The notes under the pieces were generated by a model. It ran no database searches and was not told the origin of the DNA. It worked only from the letters and a program-made list of their open reading frames with translations. From NCBI GenBank assembly GCA_050295955.1, contig JBNKQQ010000076.1, positions 18,255-82,254 of the forward strand: DNA of 64,000 bases, given 5' to 3'. Numbering within the stretch: the first letter of the stretch is position 1; the number at the start of each line of letters is the position of its first letter. Origin of the DNA: Thiohalomonadales bacterium. Lineage in GTDB: Bacteria; Pseudomonadota; Gammaproteobacteria; RBG-16-57-12. The position numbers were made by a program, and so were the translations under genes. Below, in pieces: positions 1-7,648 of the stretch.

Positions 1-1
1 G

Positions 2-568
2 GCCCATGCGGGTGCCACGCCGATGGAGATGCGTCAGGATGCCTTTCAGGGAGTGGCTGAATTTTCCACCGAGCTGCCGCGGATTATTGAAGAGCATGGC
101 TCACCTCGCAGTGTCGCCACTATCGGTCGGGTTGAATTACAACCGGGTGCGGCCAACGTGGTACCTGGTAAGGCGATATTTTCCTTGGATGTTAGGGATA
201 TCGATAACAACACGCTACAGGCGCTCAGGGAGGCGATGCGCTGTGCCCTTTCAGCTATTGCTCGCCGTCGCCAACTGATGTTTGATTTTGAGGTGTTGAG
301 CGAGATCCCTGCCGTGAAATGCGATGGTGGCATTGCCCATACTATTGAAGAGATGGCCAACAGGCTTGGCATTAACCATACCCGTATGGCCAGTGGTGCT
401 GCCCACGATACCCAGATCATGGCCTCTATTGCCCGTACCGGGCTGATATTTGTACCCAGCAAGGGTGGACGCAGCCACTCCCCGGCGGAGTGGAGCGATT
501 GGCAGGATATCGTGAATGGTGCCAATGTGCTGCTGAATACCCTCTATGACATGGCGAATCAATCATGA
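2..568 (+). CDS. C-terminal fragment of an M20/M25/M40 amidohydrolase (N-carbamoyl-L-amino-acid hydrolase or allantoate amidohydrolase-like); the 5' end lies upstream of the window.
   Basis: The ORF runs open to the left edge. The 181-aa C-terminal region has the dimerisation/lid domain typical of carbamoylases (..ARRRQL..FDFEVLSEIPAV..ASGAAHDTQ..). It ends 4 nt into the next gene, which suggests an operon. Confidence 0.65.
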   Translation, partial: AHAGATPMEMRQDAFQGVAEFSTELPRIIEEHGSPRSVATIGRVELQPGAANVVPGKAIFSLDVRDIDNNTLQALREAMRCALSAIARRRQLMFDFEVLSEIPAVKCDGGIAHTIEEMANRLGINHTRMASGAAHDTQIMASIARTGLIFVPSKGGRSHSPAEWSDWQDIVNGANVLLNTLYDMANQS

Positions 569-1296
569 CCGATGAAGTAACCCCCTATACCGATATCGAT
601 CCGTTAGCGGATACCTACCGTGAATTGGTGGTGGATACCCCCGCGCTCTACAACTCCTTGCGTGAGCACCATACCGCGCTACTTTGTATCGATCTGCAAT
701 ATCTGGATGCGGCTCCCGGCTATGGTGTGTTTGCTGATGCCGACAGGTCTGGCGTGCCGAAAGAGGCTCAGGAGTACTACTTTAACCGTCTGGATGAGTT
801 AGTACTGCCCAATGTTCGGGCGCTACAAAATGCTTTTCGGGAGCAGGGATTAGAGGTAATCCATACCCGTATCCAGTCACTGACGCAAGATGGGCGGGAT
901 CGGGGGCCGGGTCACAAACGTCTGAAATTGCATGCGGCACCCGGTTCCAAAGAGGCAGAGTTCCTGGAGCAGGTGGCGCCGGTAGGGGATGAGATTGTCA
1001 TCAACAAGACGGCCAGCGGCGTGTTTAATGCCACCAATATTGAATACATCTTGCGCAACCTGGAGATCACCGGCTTGGTGATCGTGGGGGTTTACAGTAA
1101 TGAGTGTGTCTCTACCGCCATTCGCGATGCCTGTGATTTGGGTTTTCATGTCACCTTGATTAGCGATGCAACGGCGACGGTCACCCCCGAGCTGCAAAAT
1201 GCCACTATCACCACTATGACGGATCGCTATGCCCGAGTGATGAATACCAATGAGATGTTGGATGAGCTGGTGCGCTACATGGATGAGCAGGGGTAA
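565..1296 (+). CDS. Isochorismatase-family cysteine hydrolase (RutB / N-carbamoylsarcosine amidase-like).
   Basis: 243 aa. The start overlaps the upstream stop (ATGA). It shows the isochorismatase fold signature (LLCIDLQ.. Asp, ..INKTASG.. Lys, ..VYSNECVSTAIRDA.. Cys nucleophile). Confidence 0.7.
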   Translation: MTDEVTPYTDIDPLADTYRELVVDTPALYNSLREHHTALLCIDLQYLDAAPGYGVFADADRSGVPKEAQEYYFNRLDELVLPNVRALQNAFREQGLEVIHTRIQSLTQDGRDRGPGHKRLKLHAAPGSKEAEFLEQVAPVGDEIVINKTASGVFNATNIEYILRNLEITGLVIVGVYSNECVSTAIRDACDLGFHVTLISDATATVTPELQNATITTMTDRYARVMNTNEMLDELVRYMDEQG

Positions 1297-1301
1297 GGAC
1301 A

Positions 1302-2735
1302 ATGAGCGGCAATAGCGAAGCGGTGTTACCTCTGGATATTGCCTGGCTGATTATTGGCCTGTTCAGCTTGTTGTGGATAGCGTTGGGCTGGTGGCTTGGT
1401 AGGCGTGCTGCTGGATTAGATGGTTATATGTTGGCGGGGCGCAATGTGGGCTTGGCATTGGCATCAGCTACGGCGATGGCGACCTGGGTGACCAGTAATA
1501 CCACCATGGCGGCACCCCAGTTGGCATTACAGCTGGGGATTTGGGGCATGGTGGGTTATGCCCTGGGTTCAGTGGGTTTACTGCTGTTTGCTCCCATGGC
1601 ACAACGGATTCGCCAGTTGATGCCCAACGGCTATACCAGTGGTGACTTTATCCGCTTGCGCTATGGCAAGGGTGCATGGCGTATCTTTTTAGTGATTTCG
1701 TTTGCCTACGGCATTGGCTGGCTGATCAGTTTGGGGATGGCCGGTGGTGTGTTGATCAATGCGCTAAGTGGTATCGATTACCGTATTGGTATGACGGTGA
1801 TTCTGACCATCTGTGTGCTCTATACATTATTGGGTGGGTTACGGGCCGTCATTGGAACCGACTTCATCCAGACCATTCTGATTCTTATCGGCATTATTAT
1901 CCTGGCTTGGTTTGCCATTACTGATATTGGCTTTGAGGCTATCCATCAGGGGGTGGCGGAGCAGCGTCCTGAGTTGCTCAATCTTCTGTTGCCAGCCGCA
2001 ATCATGTTTCTGTTTAACAATCTCTTCTTTGGCGTGGGTGAGATCTTCCACTCCAACGTGTGGTGGAGCCGCGCCTTTGCCTTTGGCCCGGGCGTGGGGT
2101 TCCGTGCTTACCTGATTGCTGGGTTGCTGTGGATGCCTATCCCTATAGTGGCAGGTTTTGTTGCCCTGGCGACGCCAGCTCTGGGAATGAATATCCCTGC
2201 TGCGGACATGGTAGGGCCGGTGGTGGCGGCTGAGCTGCTGGGGTTGGGGGGAGCGATTATCGTCTTTATTGTGGTGTTCGCCGCATTGGCCTCTAGTCTG
2301 GACTCATTGCTGGCGGCGACCTCTGATTTGATTACTCAGGATATTTATAAAGGGCATCTACGCCCTCAGGCCAGTGAGCAGGAGCTAGCCCGGGTGGCTA
2401 AGGGCATTATTTTGCTATTGGGTTTTGTCACATGGCTGCTTTGTTTACCTCGCCTGACTACCTTGGGCGAGCTGCTGTTCTTCATGGGAGCGTTTGTCGC
2501 TAGCACTATCTGGCCCATTATCGCCGGTCTCTATTGGAAGTATGCCAATCCCACTGGGGCAGCATTGGCGATGTTGCTGGGTACTGCGGCTGGACTGACC
2601 GCCTATTTCGAGATTGGCTTCTATGTGGCAGCGTTAGTTTCTACTGCTGTCTCCATGGCGATTGTGCTGCTCTCCAGCTGGTTACGTCCGGCTACTTTTG
2701 AGTGGCATACCCTAAATGAGGAGAGAGGCGTCTGA
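1302..2735 (+). CDS. Sodium:solute symporter (SSS) family transporter.
   Basis: 477 aa with about 13 predicted hydrophobic helices and the SSS motifs (YMLAGRNVG, ATAMATWVTS). Confidence 0.8.
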   Translation: MSGNSEAVLPLDIAWLIIGLFSLLWIALGWWLGRRAAGLDGYMLAGRNVGLALASATAMATWVTSNTTMAAPQLALQLGIWGMVGYALGSVGLLLFAPMAQRIRQLMPNGYTSGDFIRLRYGKGAWRIFLVISFAYGIGWLISLGMAGGVLINALSGIDYRIGMTVILTICVLYTLLGGLRAVIGTDFIQTILILIGIIILAWFAITDIGFEAIHQGVAEQRPELLNLLLPAAIMFLFNNLFFGVGEIFHSNVWWSRAFAFGPGVGFRAYLIAGLLWMPIPIVAGFVALATPALGMNIPAADMVGPVVAAELLGLGGAIIVFIVVFAALASSLDSLLAATSDLITQDIYKGHLRPQASEQELARVAKGIILLLGFVTWLLCLPRLTTLGELLFFMGAFVASTIWPIIAGLYWKYANPTGAALAMLLGTAAGLTAYFEIGFYVAALVSTAVSMAIVLLSSWLRPATFEWHTLNEERGV

Positions 2736-2857
2736 TGATGATCTCTGCCACAGCTTTAAGCCTGCTAGTGGGTGCTGCACTGACGGTTACGGTGCTGGCC
2801 CCCTTCATTTTACTCATCCTATTTATTCGAGATTGGAAAAAAGGAGAAATCTGGTGA
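2735..2857 (+). CDS. Unannotated 40-aa single-helix membrane micro-protein (MMISATALSLLVGAALTVTVLAPFILLILFIRDWKKGEIW).
   Basis: It is not in the ORF track because it is under 60 aa. Its ATG overlaps the transporter stop (TGATG). A GAGGAGAGAGG SD-like run lies upstream. Its TGA overlaps the GTG start of the next gene (GTGA), which points to translational coupling. It has a hydrophobic core and a basic C-terminus. Confidence 0.4.
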   Translation: MMISATALSLLVGAALTVTVLAPFILLILFIRDWKKGEIW

Positions 2858-3936
2858 ACCCAATTCACCCTATGCTGCGTGAACCGGTTAAACCTGCCAA
2901 ATGGCGCGACGGTATTGAGCGTCCACAAAAGCTTCAGGATACGGTCATTGAAGATCCTAGACCACTAGTGGATCTAGCCGGTTGCCCCATTGTTTCAGCG
3001 CGGCAATTTGATCGCTATAAAATTGCTCAATTGTGCCGTTTTGCTGCGCTCTATGAGACCACTCCCAACCTGTTTCCGCTGCCACTAAAAGGCAAAATTC
3101 TGATTAATGCTTTTTATGAACCCAGTACCCGTACCCGACTCTCTTTTGAAAGTGCCTGGCACCGCTTGGGGGGGGATGCCATGTCCATTACTGATCCGGC
3201 GACGACCGGTATTGCTAAGGGTGAATCCCTCTCCGATGTGGCGGAGATGTTTAACCACTATGGAGATGTGGTGGTACTGCGGGATACCCATGAGGAGGCA
3301 ATCTACGAGATGCTGCCATCGCTACGTATTCCCATCATCAATGCAGGGAACGGTATCGATGAGCATCCCACCCAGGCACTGACCGACCTGTATGCGATCT
3401 TTAAGTGGCGTCCCCAGTTGATTGAGGAGAAGGTAGCAGAAGAGGATAAAGTTCGTATCGGTATCATTGGTGTGCCCAATCGTATGCGTACGGTGCGCTC
3501 GCTGCTGATTTTGCTCTCTATGTTTTCCCAGGCAATTCACGAGGTGGTGATTATCTCCGATAAAGAGCACCCCTACGATGAGGGGCAGTTGGAGGAGCTT
3601 CACAAGGAAGGGCTGACAGTGCGCACCAGTCACTCCCTGAATAAAGAGTTACCAGAGCTGGATGTGGTCTATATCAACTCTATCGCTTGGGTAGGGGATA
3701 GCTTTGAGCGCTTGGGTGAAGACCTGCGTCTTAGTGCTACTTCTCCCCTGAAAAAAAGCGCCATCATTATGCATCCCTTGGCGCGAGGACCGGAGCTTTC
3801 CACTGACCTGGATGATACCGACCACAATTGGTATTTCGCCCAGGCCAGGGGGGCGGTCTACGTTCGTATGGCGCTTCTGACCAGCTTGGTACAGCGCGTT
3901 CCCCAGGTTCTGGATACCCCGGATGAGCTGGTGTAA
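2854..3936 (+). CDS. Aspartate/ornithine carbamoyltransferase-family protein. It is an ATCase-like paralogue, with noncanonical substrate-binding residues and an N-terminal extension.
   Basis: It has the STRTR carbamoyl-phosphate motif, HPTQ, and an HPLARGPEL (HPLPR-like) motif. Its C-terminus, MHPLARGPELSTDLDDTDHNWYFAQARGAVYVRMALL, closely parallels PyrB. I chose the GTG at 2854, which has an AAGGAG SD 6 nt upstream, over the track's ATG at 2716; that ATG would overlap the transporter by 20 nt and has no SD. Confidence 0.75.
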   Translation: MNPIHPMLREPVKPAKWRDGIERPQKLQDTVIEDPRPLVDLAGCPIVSARQFDRYKIAQLCRFAALYETTPNLFPLPLKGKILINAFYEPSTRTRLSFESAWHRLGGDAMSITDPATTGIAKGESLSDVAEMFNHYGDVVVLRDTHEEAIYEMLPSLRIPIINAGNGIDEHPTQALTDLYAIFKWRPQLIEEKVAEEDKVRIGIIGVPNRMRTVRSLLILLSMFSQAIHEVVIISDKEHPYDEGQLEELHKEGLTVRTSHSLNKELPELDVVYINSIAWVGDSFERLGEDLRLSATSPLKKSAIIMHPLARGPELSTDLDDTDHNWYFAQARGAVYVRMALLTSLVQRVPQVLDTPDELV

Positions 3937-4001
3937 TCCATTCAATATCTCTGCCCGGTGTTCTTCCACCGGGCTATCTTAAGCAACAAAGGTACAACAC
4001 T

Positions 4002-6017
4002 ATGTGTGGAATCGCAGGCGTTATACACGCCGACCCGGCACGCCCGGTCGACCCTCAAACCCTGGTCAACATGGCCGCCATCCAATATCACCGTGGCCCC
4101 GATGGTTTCGGAATCAAGACCATGAATGACCGTGGCATTGGTTTTGCCCATGCTCGTCTTTCCATTATTGATCTGAATGAGCAACGGGGCAGGCAGCCCT
4201 TTATGCATCACGATGGTAATTTGATGCTGACGCAAAATGGTGAGCTCTATGATTACAAACGTATCCGTGCGGATCTCACTACGCGAGGAGCTCGCTTCCA
4301 AAGTAAGAGTGACTCGGAACTGGTGCTACACCTCTATGAACACTATGGCCTGGAAGAGACCCTGAAAAACTGCCGAGGTGAGTTTGCCTTTGCCCTCTAC
4401 GATAAGCAGAACGATCGCCTGATGTTGGTGCGGGATCGCTTCGGCATCAAGCCCCTCTACTGGACCCAGCATAACGGCACCCTGGTATTTGGCTCTGAGC
4501 TGAAGGTGTTGTTTGCCCATCCCGAGGTGCCCCGCCAATTTAGTGCTGAAGGGGTTTATCACCAATTGATGCAGACCATTGTACCGGGTACTACCGCTTT
4601 TGACGGGGTGTACCAGGTGAAGCCGGGCCATGTGATGATCATCCAGCGGGATGGTAAAGGAGGCTTTGAGATCGAAGATCGCAAATATTGGGATATGGAT
4701 TTTCCCAAGCTGGGGGAGCGGGACGAATCCCAGCCTGAAGAGCACTACATTGAAGCGGTACGGGAGAAGTTGTTGGAGGCGGTACAACTGCGCCTAGAAG
4801 CGGATGTGCCGGTGGCCTGCTATCTCTCTGGCGGGATCGACTCTTGTTCTACGTTGGGGATGGCAGCGGCCAGTCAGCAATCTTTGGTGAAGGCATTCAC
4901 TATCGGCTTTGATGATGCGGACTATGACGAGAGTGTGATTGCTGCTGAGATGGCCGATAGTGTGGGGGCGGACCAGGATATTATGCGTCTGGATGCCAGC
5001 CACCTCTACGATAATTTAGAAGAGACCCTCTGGCACACCGAGCGCACCATCTACAACACCCTTGGGGTGGCCAAGTTATTGATGAGTCGTCATGTGAATA
5101 AAGCGGGCTATAAAGTGGTAGTTACTGGCGAAGGTTCTGATGAGCTATTCAGCGGCTATCCCGCCTTTCGTCGAGACATGTTCCTGCATGGTCTGGATAC
5201 CCTGGCTCCCGAAGAGCGTAAGGAGTGGGAAGCGCTGCTGGCAGAGAGTAATAAGCTCTTTAAAGGTGCCATGTTGGCAGAGAACGAATTGCATGACGAG
5301 GCTCTGGATGCGCTAATCGGTTTTACCCCTAGCTGTCTGCAACCCTGGTTGGCGGCGGCTGAACATGTGCCAGGCTTACTGGCCCCAGAATTACGTAAGC
5401 AGACCGAAGGCTACCAACCCGGCAAGGCCATTGCAGATGCCCTGGATGGTGAGATGCTCAAAGAGCGTCACCCACTGGATAAGGCGCAATACGTCTGGAT
5501 CAAAACCATGTTAGAGGGACAGATTCTCACTTGGGGGGGCGACCGGGTGGATATGGCAAACTCCATGGAGGCGCGTCCGCCGTTCCTGGATCATCACCTT
5601 GCCGAGCTGGCGACCCAACTGCCACCTTCATTGCGTATCAAAGGCCGCACTGAAAAGTATGTACTGCGGGAAGCGATGAAAGGACTACTCCCCAAAACCC
5701 TCTATGAGCGGGAGAAGTTTGCCTTCATGGCACCACCTGCCCATACCGATCCTAAGAAATGGCAGGCAATGAAGGCTCTGGCGGAACGTTACCTAAATGA
5801 AGAGACCATTGAACAAGCCGGTGTATTGGATGGTGCCGGTGTTGCTGCAATTTTTGATTTATATGAAGCGGAGGATACCTCTGCCTCTACCAAGGTGCAG
5901 TTGGATGCTGTTATCAACCATATGATTGGTATCCAGGTATTGCACAACCACTTTATTGCCCAGGATGTACCTGCGTTGGCACAACAACGAGCAGAAGAGT
6001 TGGAGTGGGCCGCTTAG
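4002..6017 (+). CDS. Asparagine synthetase (glutamine-hydrolysing) family amidotransferase with an extended C-terminus.
   Basis: The N-terminal MCGIAG.. carries the Ntn Cys2 nucleophile. The synthetase domain has the PP-loop CYLSGGIDSC. It is 671 aa, against about 554 aa for E. coli AsnB. Confidence 0.8.
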   Translation: MCGIAGVIHADPARPVDPQTLVNMAAIQYHRGPDGFGIKTMNDRGIGFAHARLSIIDLNEQRGRQPFMHHDGNLMLTQNGELYDYKRIRADLTTRGARFQSKSDSELVLHLYEHYGLEETLKNCRGEFAFALYDKQNDRLMLVRDRFGIKPLYWTQHNGTLVFGSELKVLFAHPEVPRQFSAEGVYHQLMQTIVPGTTAFDGVYQVKPGHVMIIQRDGKGGFEIEDRKYWDMDFPKLGERDESQPEEHYIEAVREKLLEAVQLRLEADVPVACYLSGGIDSCSTLGMAAASQQSLVKAFTIGFDDADYDESVIAAEMADSVGADQDIMRLDASHLYDNLEETLWHTERTIYNTLGVAKLLMSRHVNKAGYKVVVTGEGSDELFSGYPAFRRDMFLHGLDTLAPEERKEWEALLAESNKLFKGAMLAENELHDEALDALIGFTPSCLQPWLAAAEHVPGLLAPELRKQTEGYQPGKAIADALDGEMLKERHPLDKAQYVWIKTMLEGQILTWGGDRVDMANSMEARPPFLDHHLAELATQLPPSLRIKGRTEKYVLREAMKGLLPKTLYEREKFAFMAPPAHTDPKKWQAMKALAERYLNEETIEQAGVLDGAGVAAIFDLYEAEDTSASTKVQLDAVINHMIGIQVLHNHFIAQDVPALAQQRAEELEWAA

Positions 6018-6042
6018 CCATTTTATTATTTCAATAATAAGG

Positions 6043-6092
6043 GCGCTAAAATCTATAGGTTTTAGCGCCTTTATATTTTCTTTTTATTGCGC
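6043..6092 (+). terminator. Rho-independent terminator after the asparagine-synthetase-like gene.
   Basis: GGGCGCTAAAA-TCTATAGG-TTTTAGCGCC hairpin, followed by TTTATATTTTCTTTTT. Confidence 0.7.
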
Positions 6093-6181
6093 AAGCCTTT
6101 CTACGCTCTCTCGAGACAAACCACTTGTTGATTGTCTGCTAGGTTGATTATTCTTAGCGGCTGTTTAATCGGTTAGCAAGG

Positions 6182-7648
6182 ATGAAGTTTGTGGCTAAAC
6201 CCCTCTATGGTCTTGTCGTTTCTATAGCGATCTCTTCGGTATTTGGCAGCGCTGCCATGGCATCTGATGACCCTCCATCGGGACAACAATCGCTTGAAGA
6301 GGTGATTCCCATTACCATGGCCAATTTGCGAGGCCAGAAGGCGTTGTATGAAGAGGGGTGGTTTGTTATTAGCTCTACTGAGCGTGCCTTTCAATATGCC
6401 CAAGAAAAGTTCATCACCTCCTCCGGGCAGGCGCTGCAGCAGATGCAGGCCTCTCTGGGTGAACGCTCTGAACAATTACCTGATGCCTTGGCTGAAGGGA
6501 TTAATGAAGGGGTTGAATCGGGTAAGTCTTTCTATCAGAAGGGTGGTCAGCGTAGCGATGATATTTACCGGGGCACTCATGAGGTTGCTCAGCAGCAGTT
6601 GAATTATGCCAAGCAGGGTTTTGTGAAAGCGTGGGACCGTTTTGTGTTGGGGAATATTACCCTGGTCAAGCGTACAGAAGAGGATCGCCAAGCGTTGATG
6701 GCGATTCCGGGTGATTACTATCACACCCTCAAATCCGATTTCAGTAATCTCTATCAATTAAGCCAAACTGCCGCGGATGCTATTACGCCAGAGATTGAGC
6801 TCAATTGGTCCGCTTCTCTGCAGCAGGCTCAGGCCAGTTTTGCTGAAGAGTATGAGGCATCGGGTGAGGCCGCCAATTCGTTGAGTGGCCTGGGGGATAT
6901 TCTCGCAGGGTATGCGAAGGCCGCTTATCATGCCATTTTCAAACCCAGTGGGCAGGCTATCGCCAAAGGCGCTACGGCGACGGTGGGTCTGGCGGGACAG
7001 GCACTGTTTCTGCCAACGGCCTCCCTGTTTGTGGTTACCGGACGTACAGTGCAGTCTGCCGGCTTATCCCTCTACTACACCACTAAAACTGGCTACAAGC
7101 TGGTCTCTCCAACGTTAGAGGGCGGTATGCTTGGCGGTGTCTCTTTATTGGCGGGGGCAACAGCACCTGTTACCTATGGCGCTGGCATGTCGGCAGGGAT
7201 GTTAAATCAGGTGGCTGTGACCACTTTATCGCCGGTAGTGGGTGGGGCAACGGCTGTTGGGAGTACCTTGGCAGAGACGGCTGAGTATGCCGGTTTGGTG
7301 ACCTATGATCTTGCCAAGGGGGGCAGCAAGGTTGTGATTAACCAAATCTCCAGTGGCGTTGTCTTGGGTTATAACGCCTTGACAGCACTGCCTACCCAAG
7401 CATTGTTGAGTACGGCGAATGGGGCCTTTTTTCTGGTTTACGATGGCCCCAGGTTGATGGTTGCCAAGGTGAGTGGTCGCTTGTCGGATGAGGGTGAGGC
7501 ACAGACTATCGATAGCCTGCCCGTCGGTACCGTGGTGGATATGAAGCAGTTGGAGCAAGTACCTGAGTTGATGATTGAGCCTGTTTCCGATGATCCCGCG
7601 CTGATTGAACAGGTACTGGAAAACATGGCAGAGGATCTTCGCCAATGA
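6182..7648 (+). CDS. Secreted hypothetical protein. The C-terminal half is Gly/Ala-rich (glycine-zipper-like), followed by a conserved tail domain.
   Basis: Signal peptide MKFVAKPLYGLVVSIAISSVFGSAAMA. Its central segments (GGATAVGS, GAGMSAGM) and C-terminal domain are paralogous to the next gene. Confidence 0.55.
   Translation: MKFVAKPLYGLVVSIAISSVFGSAAMASDDPPSGQQSLEEVIPITMANLRGQKALYEEGWFVISSTERAFQYAQEKFITSSGQALQQMQASLGERSEQLPDALAEGINEGVESGKSFYQKGGQRSDDIYRGTHEVAQQQLNYAKQGFVKAWDRFVLGNITLVKRTEEDRQALMAIPGDYYHTLKSDFSNLYQLSQTAADAITPEIELNWSASLQQAQASFAEEYEASGEAANSLSGLGDILAGYAKAAYHAIFKPSGQAIAKGATATVGLAGQALFLPTASLFVVTGRTVQSAGLSLYYTTKTGYKLVSPTLEGGMLGGVSLLAGATAPVTYGAGMSAGMLNQVAVTTLSPVVGGATAVGSTLAETAEYAGLVTYDLAKGGSKVVINQISSGVVLGYNALTALPTQALLSTANGAFFLVYDGPRLMVAKVSGRLSDEGEAQTIDSLPVGTVVDMKQLEQVPELMIEPVSDDPALIEQVLENMAEDLRQ

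Noticed and set aside
2716-2853. The track start (ATG 2716) for the carbamoyltransferase, which would give a 406-aa protein.
   Set aside because: It would overlap the transporter by 20 nt, and it has no SD. The GTG at 2854 has a canonical AAGGAG 6 nt upstream and abuts the stop of the micro-ORF. The alignment to PyrB begins well downstream in either case.
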